The notes under the pieces are model-generated. The model was not told the DNA's origin and made no database searches. It was given only the letters and a program-made list of their open reading frames with translations. DNA of 64,000 nt from an uncultured delta proteobacterium (GTDB lineage: Bacteria; Desulfobacterota; Desulfuromonadia; Desulfuromonadales; BM103), in contig CAVQRZ010000005.1 in assembly GCA_963715335.1 (NCBI GenBank), positions 32,001 through 96,000 on the forward strand. Direction: 5' to 3'. This document shows, piece by piece, positions 23,120 through 32,725 of the stretch (position 1 is the stretch's first letter; the number at the start of each line of letters is the position of its first letter). A program made the position numbers and the translations under genes.

Positions 23120-23445
23120 ACACGCCCGTTTTCGTCCTGGCAGTGGTGATCAGTAAGAAAATGTTTGCTCATCGTTACGTGATTATTGAAATTACATAGG
23201 TCGCTAATTTAGTCACGAGTGCATGGAGTTAACTCGAAAATGATATTAACATTGCGTTGACTTGAGTGTCCGTGATAAAGACCCTTATCTTAAACGTTTG
23301 TGCAGAGATAGTTTGTTGGACTAGATTAAATGTTAATCAGTCACGAATATGCCACGCAAACTTTTTACGGTTGCGTGTTTTTTATTTTTCAGCAGTTATG
23401 GTTGCACAACCAAGAGCGTTCTCACAGGGGGACAAGGAGGTAAAA

Positions 23446-23646
23446 ATGGCTGAAGGTACTGTAAAGTGGTTCAACGATGCAAAAGGTTTTGGGTTTATCG
23501 AGCAGGACAACGGACCGGATGTGTTCGTACACTTCTCTGAAGTCCAAGGCGACGGTTTCAAATCTCTTGCAGAGGGAGACAGAGTGAGTTTTGATGTGAC
23601 TAATGGCCAGAAAGGCCCTCAGTCGTCAAATGTACGCAAAATTTAA
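23446..23646 (+). CDS. Cold-shock protein (CspA family)
   Basis: [32 protein letters not shown] before the ATG at 23446. Confidence 0.97.
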   Translation: MAEGTVKWFNDAKGFGFIEQDNGPDVFVHFSEVQGDGFKSLAEGDRVSFDVTNGQKGPQSSNVRKI

Positions 23647-23669
23647 GGTATGTATTTATCTTGATAAGC

Positions 23670-23702
23670 AAAAAAGCCTCGCGGGTTTCCGTGGGGCTTT
23701 TT
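23670..23702. terminator. Bidirectional intrinsic terminator after the csp gene
   Basis: aaaaaagcctcgcgg-gttt-ccgtggggcttttt. Confidence 0.8.
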
Positions 23703-23707
23703 ATTGC

Positions 23708-23818
23708 CCTGATACCTAAAAAATAAATCGCCCTCGGTTTCCCGGTGGCCATGTTTTTGTGTATTAAAGAGCGTCCTGGTTTGCTCAATCAATGACAAGC
23801 GCGTTTTTGTCTCGGCAG
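23708..23818 (+). repeat. Degenerate ~100-bp repeat, copy 3
   Basis: cctgata...cggtttcccggtggccatgtttttgtgtattaaagagcgtcc...tcaatgacaagcgcgtttttgtctcggcag. Confidence 0.75.
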
Positions 23819-24005
23819 GATTGACAAATAAAAACGGTTCACGGTTACCCATGAGCCGTTTGTTTAGTTGGTAATATCAACGAGACAATTTATTCTTTCC
23901 TTCGCCAACTGCAGGGCCATTCTGCCATGTTCCTTCAAACTCTGTTAAGCTGTAACGACTTTAGTACGTAATCAGTATCCTAACAGCGAAACAGAGGAGG
24001 AAATT

Positions 24006-24110
24006 ATGGGCAAGGGCATGGATAGCAAGAAGTCGGAAAAAAAGGCTCCAGCTAAAAGCATGAAAGAAAAAAAGGCGGACAAAAAGGCCAAAAAGGCCGA
24101 GAAAAAGTAG
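24006..24110 (+). CDS. 34-aa lysine-rich small protein (below the ORF-track cutoff)
   Basis: GAGGAGG RBS 5 nt upstream; MGKGMDSKKSEKKAPAKSMKEKKADKKAKKAEKK*. Confidence 0.75.
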   Translation: MGKGMDSKKSEKKAPAKSMKEKKADKKAKKAEKK

Positions 24111-24272
24111 TCAGTGATGCGCGAGAGAGGCTTGGGTTAGAGGACACTCAAAAAAGCCCCTCTATATTGAGAGTCTCCGGCTTCGGGGACCACATAAGGA
24201 GGTAGCCTACGCCAATAAATGGATAAAAGTTAGCGACGTCATGATGTTCGAGTCAGTAGAAATTCCTATTTA

Positions 24273-24381
24273 TCCTGACAATTAGTAATAAGGCCACCCG
24301 TTTCCAGGTGGCCATCATTTTGTGGATTGACGAACGTCCGAAATGTCTCTCTCAATAACACGCCGGTTTTTCTATCGGCAG
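24273..24381 (+). repeat. Degenerate ~100-bp repeat, copy 4
   Basis: tcctgacaattagtaataaggccacccgtttccaggtggccatc...attgacgaacgtcc...tgtctctctcaataacacgccggtttttctatcggcag; 76 of 100 columns identical to copy 2 in a hand alignment. Confidence 0.8.
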
Positions 24382-24424
24382 TTGTGAGTTTATAGAGCAA
24401 CTCACTTCTCTACCAAGATAATAT

Positions 24425-25000
24425 TCAACCCTTTTTACCAGAAACACTCTTGATTCTGACTGGTCCTTGCTTCTCCGGACGTTTACCAATTTTATCGCGA
24501 TAATATTCCTCCAGAATTATGAAATCTGCATCAATATCACCGCTAGGTTCCAACATACGATCTATACCAATCCGTTTACTTGGATAGTCTATATACGCCA
24601 GAGCAATCGGTACGCCAGTTGCCAGGGCAATACGGTAAAAACCTTCTTTCCATTGTTTTGTCAGACTACGTGTCCCCTCCGGAGCGATTGCCATGACGAA
24701 TTGGTCGCGGCTCATAAAAATATCGATCACTTTTTTAAGAAAGCCGGTACTTCCCTGTCGGTCTACCGGGATGCCACCAATCGCCCTCATAATTGGCCCG
24801 AGCGGCCCCTTAAATAAGGTGTCTTTGCCAACCCAGTTAAAACGCAAGCCGCAAGCCCACATTCCCAGAAGCCCAAGAGGAAAATCCCAATTGCTGGTAT
24901 GCGGAGCACCGATCAGTACGAACTTGTCCCGAGGGGGAAGAGAGAAAGAGACCTGCCAGCCGAATGTCTTGAGTAGAGTCGTCGCGATAATTCTGAGCAT
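24425..25000 (-). CDS. Lysophospholipid acyltransferase (PlsC-like) family protein
   Basis: APHTSNWD (HxxxxD), GGIPVDR, APEGTRS. Confidence 0.9.
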   Translation of the reverse strand: MLRIIATTLLKTFGWQVSFSLPPRDKFVLIGAPHTSNWDFPLGLLGMWACGLRFNWVGKDTLFKGPLGPIMRAIGGIPVDRQGSTGFLKKVIDIFMSRDQFVMAIAPEGTRSLTKQWKEGFYRIALATGVPIALAYIDYPSKRIGIDRMLEPSGDIDADFIILEEYYRDKIGKRPEKQGPVRIKSVSGKKG

Positions 25001-25013
25001 AGGGTCGTATTCT

Positions 25014-25124
25014 ATCCGACGAAGAAGAAAATGGCCACTCGGGGTTGATCCAGATGGCCATGATTGTTTTGATTTGGGTGCGTCTTAAATCTCTCCATTA
25101 ACAACACGCAGGTTTTCGTCTCAG
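25014..25124 (+). repeat. Degenerate ~100-bp repeat, copy 5
   Basis: atccgacgaagaagaaaatggccactc...ccagatggccatgatt...cgtcttaaatctctccattaacaacacgcaggttttcgtctcag. Confidence 0.65.
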
Positions 25125-25468
25125 ATGTCTTGGTCCTGACACACACCCTGGAGTGATTCAGCGGAGTATCTATTAAGAAAGTCAGACAACAGTGTGGCTG
25201 GAATCGCAATGATAGATTGTTTCACTTCTGAGTGTGTCTCATGATTCTCTAAACTCTATTCTTAACAAGAGATGCCAAACTCCCTATTTTCATGTAGCGT
25301 CAAAGATCAGGCTAATCTTCAAGGGGAGAAGAATGGCCTGGGCGGCTTAAACAAATCCGAGGAAAAGGTCTCTTGGAACAGATATAAAGGACGGACGAAT
25401 CGACGCACCTGACTTGGCAAAGAGTGTGATTGCTTTTGCGTCAATGAATTTAGCACGTATTTAAGAGA

Positions 25469-26857
25469 TTACGAGCCTTCGGCCAAATTATATTTCTCCA
25501 TTTTGTAGCGCAAGGTTCCTCGTGGCAAATTGAGAAGGCGTGCCGTTTTCGCAACATTGCCACCGGTAATCACGACCGCCTGTGAGATCAGCTCCTTTTC
25601 CAGTCGACCGACGATCTCTTCGAACAGTACACCTTCCGGCGGAATCTGGTAGTCAAAGGAAGCCTCTGCCTTCGGTTTGCCTCCCCAGATCTCCCTCGGC
25701 AGGCAGTCCGGCGTGATCGTTTCCTGGTTATGCATGATACAGATGCGCTCTACTACGTTGCGTAGCTCACGTACGTTACCCGGCCAGTGGTACCGCATCA
25801 GAAGGTCGAGGGCCGGGCGTGAAACTTCCCGCACATTCTTGTGGAACGCCTTGCTGAAATGTTTGAGGAAGAAATCCAGCAGGGGCGGAAGATCTTCGCG
25901 ACGGTCTCGCAACGGCGCAACATGGATAGGGAACACGTTGAGCCGGTAGAACAGGTCCTCACGAAAATTCTTTCGTTCAATAGCCTCTTTCAATTCAAGG
26001 TTGGTGGCAGCCACAACACGGACATCAATATCAATATTCCTGCTCCCGCCCAGTCGACGGATTTTACGGTCTTCAAGTACCCTGAGCAGCTTAACCTGAA
26101 GATTCATGTCCATTTCACCGATCTCATCGAGAAAGATCGTGCCGCCGTTTGCCTCTTCAAAGAGACCGATTTTACGGTTTTTGGCATCGGTGAAAGCACC
26201 CCGCTCGTGGCCAAACAGTTCTGTTTCGAGAAGGTTGAACGGCAGGGAGCCACAGTTTATTTCGATGAAAGGTTTGCCATTGCGAGGGGACAACTGGTGG
26301 ATTGACTTGGCAACCAGTTCCTTGCCTGTCCCCGACTCACCGGTAATCAGGACCGTTGATGTCTCATGCTTGGCAACTTCCCGAATTTGTCGGTAGACCT
26401 GGGTCAGATGTGCACTGGAGCCGATCATGGTGTTGCTGCCCGGTAAATCCTTAGCCTGCGACCCTCGCCGCAATTGACGGACTTCACGACGCAGGTTCTG
26501 GGTCTCCAGGGCCAGTCGGACAATCAGGCGGATGGCATCTGCCTTGAATGGCTTTTTGATGTAATCGTATGCACCCATTTTCAGCGCTTCAACAGCACTC
26601 TCTACCGTGCCGTAACCGGTAATGATAATAACCAGGATTCCCGGATCGATCTCACGCAGGGCACGCAAGACATCCAGACCGCTCTGGGCACCAAGATTCA
26701 GATCGAGCAGGACCAGGTCGATATCCGAATCGCTGACCTCCCTGATAGCATCGTCACCATTATCTGTGGAGAGGGGATGATAACCATCTTCCTCGAGAAT
26801 TCTTTCCAGGTTTTCGCGGATGAAGGCCTCGTCGTCCACGATCAGGATACGTTCCAT
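25469..26857 (-). CDS. Sigma-54-dependent response regulator (NtrC family: REC-AAA+-HTH)
   Basis: ILIVDDE receiver, GESGTGKE Walker A, GAFTDA loop, FLDEIG, WPGNVREL, Fis-type HTH; start at MERIL. Confidence 0.95.
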   Translation of the reverse strand: MERILIVDDEAFIRENLERILEEDGYHPLSTDNGDDAIREVSDSDIDLVLLDLNLGAQSGLDVLRALREIDPGILVIIITGYGTVESAVEALKMGAYDYIKKPFKADAIRLIVRLALETQNLRREVRQLRRGSQAKDLPGSNTMIGSSAHLTQVYRQIREVAKHETSTVLITGESGTGKELVAKSIHQLSPRNGKPFIEINCGSLPFNLLETELFGHERGAFTDAKNRKIGLFEEANGGTIFLDEIGEMDMNLQVKLLRVLEDRKIRRLGGSRNIDIDVRVVAATNLELKEAIERKNFREDLFYRLNVFPIHVAPLRDRREDLPPLLDFFLKHFSKAFHKNVREVSRPALDLLMRYHWPGNVRELRNVVERICIMHNQETITPDCLPREIWGGKPKAEASFDYQIPPEGVLFEEIVGRLEKELISQAVVITGGNVAKTARLLNLPRGTLRYKMEKYNLAEGS

Positions 26858-27001
26858 GCTGAACCTCTCTGACTTGTCTCTGCGTAATCGACAGGAGCGT
26901 ATTTTAGTGACAAGCTGGATTTGTGGCAACAAGAATGGCCAGAAATGGCCACTTAATTTATTGGCTGCCGGTTTTCTGTTGGGAAGACTCTGACTGGGTG
27001 G

Positions 27002-29500
27002 CTAATTTTGACCGCCATCGGGAAGATATATCTTGAATTCGGCGCCTTTCCCTTCGCTACTCTTAACCTCGATACGACCACCATGACCGGCAATGATTGT
27101 GTGGGTAATCGAGAGACCCAGCCCGGTTCCCTCCCCCTTTGTCGTATAAAAAGGTTCGAAGATCAATTCGAGACGGTCGGCAGGGACTCCGTGTCCCGTG
27201 TCACGGATTGTCACCCAAGCGCCATCTTCTGTACGTTGGGCAGAAAGCCACAAATCTCCCTCGCCGGGCATCGCTTCAAGGGCATTGGTCAACAGATTTA
27301 AAATGGCCTGTTTGAGGCGGCCACTGTCCATCTGAGGATGCGGCAACTGTTCAGGGACATCGTCATGGAGGCGGACCCCCTGCTTCTGGAACTGCTTGCC
27401 GATCAGGAAAAGCGTATCACGGAGGACTTCCGCGAGGTCGCCGGGAGCAAGTCGAGCATCCGGCGGTGATGCAAAATTCAGCAGTTCATTAACCAGCCCA
27501 TCAAGACGCTCAATCTCCTCCAGTGCTCTTTGGATCAGGCCCTGGTCTTCCGGGTTTGCCAACATGCGGTCGTGCAGTTCGTCGAGCAAAAGACTGATGC
27601 CGGTCAAAGGGTTGCGCACTTCGTGGGCGATCCCGGCAGAGAGTCGGCCAAGCGAAGCGAGTCGCTCGAAGCGCGCCATACGCTTCCTGAAGTTGACGCG
27701 CTCGGTCAAGTCCTCTATCGTCAGGATGTGCCGACCTTCCCCGCCAGATGAGAGCGGGTGGAGGACCAACCTGTAGGTCAGCGAGCGCCCTCCCCTTTCC
27801 AGCGTGACGTATTCACTCCAGCGCCCTACTTCCGGGCTTTTCGATACAGCATCGAGCAGTTCGGGGAAATCGTTGAGGATCTCATTGAGAGGTAAATGGC
27901 CCGATTGTGCCGCATCAACTTGCAGAATCCTGCGTGCAACACCATTTAAAGAAGTCACAAGCTGGCTGCTGTCGAGAGTCAGGATACCTACATCCACGTT
28001 CTCCACGATCGTCTGCTTGAAATCTCTCTCCTGCTTGATTTGCTTGCGCGATCGGCGCAATACGGCAAGCGCCTTGAGCAATCTTTCGCGCCGTTCACCC
28101 AGCTGCCTGGCCATGATGTTGAATGCCGCAGCCAGCTCCGCGACCTCAACCGGGCTGTTAATTTCAACCTGCGTCCCAAGCTTGCCACGAGACATCTCCT
28201 GGGTTCCGGCGATCAGGGTGGACAAGGGGCTGGTGATGTTATGGGAAAGGCGGTACGCAACGTAAACGACCAGCAGAGCGGTCAACCCGATCATCACCCA
28301 GGCACCGGTCAAAAAAGCATTGTAGAGCCTGCGGATATCTATTGAAGCGGCTTCGGCTATTTTGTGAAACTGACCGACCTCTGCGCCAATCGTGATCCCG
28401 CCAAAGACGCCCTTTTCCGCGTAGGAACCAGAGTCATAAAAAATTGGAGCGAAAGCCATGATCTTCTTTGAGCCACCCACATTGGTGACATCAAGCACCC
28501 CCGATTTACCTTCGAGCACCGACTGGTTGACCACCGGGTAGTTCGGATGAATAAAGGCCGCCTCGTGTAAATTGTACGGAATAGTCCCCCTGTCGATGTC
28601 CTCAGGAGAAGATTCTTCAGTATAGGGGGCAACCAGGTGGCCCTGTTTATCCAGACCACGGATATCCCAGAACTTGGGGTGAGTAATGATCCAGCCTTCA
28701 TCATCGAACATGAAAGCGTAGTTGCCGCTCTCGTAAGATGGAAAGACAACAAAGTTCTCTTCTGCGGGGGTGATGTGCTGGGTAAATTCCATCAGGTGGC
28801 GATGATCGAGCGATAACACGACCACGCCCTGCAGCAATCCGTTTTCAGCAAAGACCGGCTGCGCAAAACGGATAACTCCTTCGTATGTGGCCCCCTCGAT
28901 CGCTTCCGCTGGGGTCGCCGCATCAAGGAGCTGTTCCTGTTTACTCACATGCCATCCTGTAACATGTGAGACATAAATCCGGCCTTGCGGCAATTGCCTG
29001 GCTGCGTTGAAATACGTTTCCGTCAGGTAGGTGGTGTTTTGCGGATTTGACACGTCGCGAAGGTCCTCGGCGACGGCCCCTCCAACGATGCGCAATCTCT
29101 CCACACCGTCAGCACCTACGAAGGCAATTTCCTTGTAGAGGCGCATGGATGGCCGTTCTTCGCGCGGCTCTTCATTGGTCCCGGCACGAACCCACACCGG
29201 GCGACGGTGACTCTCACTGAACCAGGTATAAGTAGTCGCATCAACCGGCAATTGTGCAAGGGCAGCGAGATCACTTTCAATCTGACGCAGGAAGGTCCGC
29301 ACCTCGTCCGCGACCATAACCGCCCGCAGTTCGAGGGTGTCAGCGGCCTGTTCGTCAAGGGCACTAATCGCACTGGTACGCAATAGCCGTTCGACGGTGT
29401 CAAGACTCTGGCCGGCAAAAATCGCCAGGAGAATCAGCGGCAAGAGGGTCAATCCGCAGCAAACGTAGAGGACTTTTCGATGGAAGGATAAGCGCAACAT
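27002..29500 (-). CDS. Sensor histidine kinase (periplasmic Cache-like, HAMP, PAS, HisKA, HATPase)
   Basis: Two TM segments, AHEVRNPL H-box, NLLTNA, DTGHG, FYTTK..GTGLGL. Confidence 0.93.
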   Translation of the reverse strand: MLRLSFHRKVLYVCCGLTLLPLILLAIFAGQSLDTVERLLRTSAISALDEQAADTLELRAVMVADEVRTFLRQIESDLAALAQLPVDATTYTWFSESHRRPVWVRAGTNEEPREERPSMRLYKEIAFVGADGVERLRIVGGAVAEDLRDVSNPQNTTYLTETYFNAARQLPQGRIYVSHVTGWHVSKQEQLLDAATPAEAIEGATYEGVIRFAQPVFAENGLLQGVVVLSLDHRHLMEFTQHITPAEENFVVFPSYESGNYAFMFDDEGWIITHPKFWDIRGLDKQGHLVAPYTEESSPEDIDRGTIPYNLHEAAFIHPNYPVVNQSVLEGKSGVLDVTNVGGSKKIMAFAPIFYDSGSYAEKGVFGGITIGAEVGQFHKIAEAASIDIRRLYNAFLTGAWVMIGLTALLVVYVAYRLSHNITSPLSTLIAGTQEMSRGKLGTQVEINSPVEVAELAAAFNIMARQLGERRERLLKALAVLRRSRKQIKQERDFKQTIVENVDVGILTLDSSQLVTSLNGVARRILQVDAAQSGHLPLNEILNDFPELLDAVSKSPEVGRWSEYVTLERGGRSLTYRLVLHPLSSGGEGRHILTIEDLTERVNFRKRMARFERLASLGRLSAGIAHEVRNPLTGISLLLDELHDRMLANPEDQGLIQRALEEIERLDGLVNELLNFASPPDARLAPGDLAEVLRDTLFLIGKQFQKQGVRLHDDVPEQLPHPQMDSGRLKQAILNLLTNALEAMPGEGDLWLSAQRTEDGAWVTIRDTGHGVPADRLELIFEPFYTTKGEGTGLGLSITHTIIAGHGGRIEVKSSEGKGAEFKIYLPDGGQN

Positions 29501-29558
29501 GGCGGCAGTATAGCAGTTGGCAGAACGAAACGGATAGCCGGATATTGTGGCGGAGAGT

Positions 29559-29795
29559 TTAATTCATCAGGCGCGATGAACGCGGTATCTTTCTTGAGCG
29601 AATTGCAAGCGGCAACAGGTCCTGGTGCCTGACCAAGACCTCCTCAAAGCTGACCCCGTCACTGATAATCACATCCTGCGGGCTGAATACCGTGCGCGCA
29701 AAATGGCTGCCATCCGGACGGCTGAACACTTCAATCAGATATTTCCGCCCCTCGAAATCGCAGGTCAGTTGATGAACCAGTTCAATGTTATCCAT
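29559..29795 (-). CDS. 78-aa hypothetical protein
   Basis: MDNIELVHQL...DVIISDG; protein-like composition; preceded by a sigma-54 promoter-like site. Confidence 0.6.
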   Translation of the reverse strand: MDNIELVHQLTCDFEGRKYLIEVFSRPDGSHFARTVFSPQDVIISDGVSFEEVLVRHQDLLPLAIRSRKIPRSSRLMN

Positions 29796-29845
29796 AGCCG
29801 CCCACATCACACGCACAAGTTTGTCATGTATATGGCAGATACAGG

Positions 29846-29862
29846 AGCAAGCTTCGGGCCAA
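29846..29862 (-). promoter_or_regulatory. Sigma-54 (-24/-12) promoter
   Basis: Minus strand TTGGCCCGAAGCTTGCT = GG-N10-GC, close to the TGGCACG-N4-TTGCW consensus. Confidence 0.65.
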
Positions 29863-29955
29863 ACGGGAAATGGCTCAATCTTGCCGTTGAAACAAGGAGA
29901 CCTGCCCAAAAAACGTTAAAACGCGGGGGAGTATGCAGGAAAATGACGGAAACAG

Positions 29956-30924
29956 CTAGTGATTGCGGCTGATGATGTAATCCGCAAGCCGGAGCATGGC
30001 CTCTTTGGCCGGGCAATCGGAAAAACCGGAGAGATGCGCTTTGGCCGATTCGATCAGAACCTTTGCCCGTTCGCGGGTGTAGCCGATACCATCGTAGGAG
30101 TGAATCAGGTTGATGACGTACTGCAAGTCCTCATCCGGCAGGACTTCCTGTTCGACGATGGCTGCAATCTTCCGACGTTCCTCGCTTGTACAGTTTTTCA
30201 GGGTGTGTATGAGAGGCAGGGTTACTTTACCTTCCAGCAGGTCATGGCCGCACTCTTTGCCGAACTCTGCCTGGTCGGCGACATAATCCAGCGCATCATC
30301 CATAAACTGGAAAGCGATGCCAAGATCCATCCCATAGGCGGCCAGAGCTTCCTCCTCTGCCGGGGAGCAGTCACCCAGGATTGCGCCACTGCGGCTCGCA
30401 GCGGAAAGCAGGACAGCCGTCTTGTTTCGCACGACTTCAATATAGTGATCTTCGTCAAGCTCGACGTCGCTGGTACTGATTAGCTGCTGCACCTCGCCTT
30501 CGGCCATCTGGGTTGTGGCGTCAGAGAGAGTCCGCAGGACATCAAGATTTCCTTCACGCACCATGATCGAGAAAGACTTGGCAAAGAGGAAATCTCCGAC
30601 CAGGACACTGGCTTCGTTGCCCCAGACTGCGTTCGCGGAATCCTGGCCACGTCGCAAAACCGCGCTATCGACGACATCATCATGCAGCAGGGTCGCCGTA
30701 TGGATAAACTCAACCACGCTGGCCAACCCGATATGCGCGCTGCCCTGATATCCGGACAGTTGCGCACTGAGCAGCAACATCATCGGCCGCACACGCTTGC
30801 CACCACTGGCAAGCACGTATTCACCAACCTTGCGGATCAAAGGCACACGCGAGGTCAGATCCTCGCGAAACTGCTCCTCGACGCGACGAATGTCATCATT
30901 CAGCAATTTAAGGACAAAATCCAT
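29956..30924 (-). CDS. ispB: Polyprenyl (octaprenyl) diphosphate synthase
   Basis: GGKRVRP, LLHDDVVD..RRG, KTA, FQFMDDALD. Confidence 0.88.
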   Translation of the reverse strand: MDFVLKLLNDDIRRVEEQFREDLTSRVPLIRKVGEYVLASGGKRVRPMMLLLSAQLSGYQGSAHIGLASVVEFIHTATLLHDDVVDSAVLRRGQDSANAVWGNEASVLVGDFLFAKSFSIMVREGNLDVLRTLSDATTQMAEGEVQQLISTSDVELDEDHYIEVVRNKTAVLLSAASRSGAILGDCSPAEEEALAAYGMDLGIAFQFMDDALDYVADQAEFGKECGHDLLEGKVTLPLIHTLKNCTSEERRKIAAIVEQEVLPDEDLQYVINLIHSYDGIGYTRERAKVLIESAKAHLSGFSDCPAKEAMLRLADYIISRNH

Positions 30925-31185
30925 AATTATGGGAATCCGGAGGGAAAATTATCGCCCATCCTAATGAATTCTCGCGAAACATGTCAAAGCTTTTTTACCT
31001 GATCCAGCAAAGGCTGTGAAACCGTTGGTTGCGCTCGGGCCAGTTGGTCCTTCAATGCCATGATTTGACATCTCCGGGCTTCGAGTACCGGCGACAAGGA
31101 ACTGGTTTTGGCCGCCCTCCCTTAATGATTAAATGCATGGCAAACAACATCACGCAAGGCAAAAGCATTATTTTTTGCACGGGTA

Positions 31186-31214
31186 TTGACAAGGGCCTGA
31201 AGCTTACGTATAAA
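31186..31214 (+). promoter_or_regulatory. Sigma-70 promoter of the cco operon
   Basis: TTGACA-N17-TATAAA. Confidence 0.7.
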
Positions 31215-31306
31215 TGTTACCGTTTTTGTCTTGTTTAATTAGCCCTTGACAATCATCTGCCCAAACCTACACATTGGAACAAATTAACATGCATTCAGGA
31301 GGTGCC

Positions 31307-32723
31307 ATGGAGAGCCATAGCTACAATTACGCCATTGTGCGCAGCTTTGTCACGTGGAGCGTGATTTGGGGGCTGGTCGCAGTGCTGGTGGGGGTTATTG
31401 TCTCCTTCCAGATGATCGACCCTGACCTCAACTTTCCGCCTTACCTGACTTTCGGCCGCTTACGCCCGATCCACACCAATGCGGGGATCTATGGCTGGGG
31501 AGTGGGAGTCATTTTCGCGACTTTCTTCTACATAGTCCAGCGGCTCTGCAAGGTGCCTCTCTGGAGTGACAAACTGGCAAAATTCCAGCTCTGGTTTTTC
31601 AATGCGACCATCATTGCCTCGGCTGTCACACTGTTGCTTGGGGTACACCACTTCCAAGGAATACCATGAGATGGAATGGCCGATCGATGTCATGATCATC
31701 ATCCTCTGGGTTGCCTTCGCCATCAACATCATCATGACCATCCTTAAGCGCAAGGACGAGCAGATGTACATCTCGCTCTGGTACATGATGGCGGCTATCA
31801 TCGGCGTAGCCATACTTTTTGTGACCAATTCGGCAGCGGTCCCAGTCTCCTTGTTCAAATCGTACTCGGCCTACGCCGGCACCAACGACGCCAACGTCCA
31901 CTGGTGGTTCGGCCACAATGCCGTGGCCATGGCGTTGACGGCACCGCCTTTGGCGATGTTTTACTACTTTCTGCCAAAATCGACCGGCGTGCCGATCTAC
32001 AGCCACCGCTTGTCAATCGTGGCTTTCTGGTCCTTGATTTTCATGTATCTCTGGACCGGAGCACACCACCTGCTCTGGACCCCGGTCCCCGACTGGATTC
32101 AGACCCTGGCCATGGGCTTTTCGATCATGCTGATTGCACCTTCATGGGGGTCAGTGTTTAACGGCTACCTCTCGATGAACGGGCAATGGCACCAGATGCG
32201 GGAGAACTACCTGGTGAAGTTCCTGATCCTCGGCATCACCTTCTACGGCCTGCAGACCCTGCAGGGGCCGATGCAGGCAATCAGAACTTTTTCGGCCTTC
32301 ATCCACTACACCGACTGGGTCCCCGCACACATTCACATGGGTACCATGGGTTGGGTATCAATGATCGCTTTTGCCAGTATCTACTTCCTGGTCCCGCGTA
32401 TTTATGGCCGGGAGGTCTACAGCATCCCCCTGGCAAACCTGCAGTTCTGGCTGATCCTGATCGGCCAGTTGATCTGGTCCATCTCCCTGTGGGTCGCTGG
32501 TGTCCTGCAGGCCGGGATGTGGAATGCCATGAACCCTGACGGCAGCCTGACCTATACCTTCATGGAGACTATGGTTGAGATGTATCCCTACTGGTGGGCG
32601 CGCGCATTCGGCGGTCTCGTTTACCTGCTCGGGCTGATCATCTTTATCTACAACCTGTATATGACAGTAACCAAAGGCAAAACAACCACCGCACAGACGG
32701 CAACTGCAGAAGGGAGGGCCTGA
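31307..32723 (+). CDS. ccoN: cbb3-type cytochrome c oxidase subunit I (frameshift near 31640)
   Basis: FGRLRPIHTN, KEYHE, WWFGHNAV, YLWTGAHHL, HYTDW..AHIH; AGGAGG RBS. Confidence 0.93.
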
Positions 32724-32725
32724 TC

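Noticed and set aside
23266..23445. N-terminal extension of the cold-shock ORF
   Set aside because: A strong RBS marks the ATG at 23446; the upstream part is the 5' UTR.
24150..24208. Sixth anti-SD sRNA
   Set aside because: CCUCCU and a U-tract are present, but the terminator stem is poor and no promoter is evident; kept only as a possible degenerate relic.
21420..25124. Repeats as a CRISPR array or classical integron attC sites
   Set aside because: Too long, too diverged and spaced by whole genes for CRISPR; no cas or intI gene; no RYYYAAC...GTTRRRY ends; cassettes occur in both orientations.
31630..31650. Programmed frameshift in ccoN (or bioC, ccoG)
   Set aside because: No slippery heptamer with stimulatory structure; indels are widespread in the window, so error is simpler.
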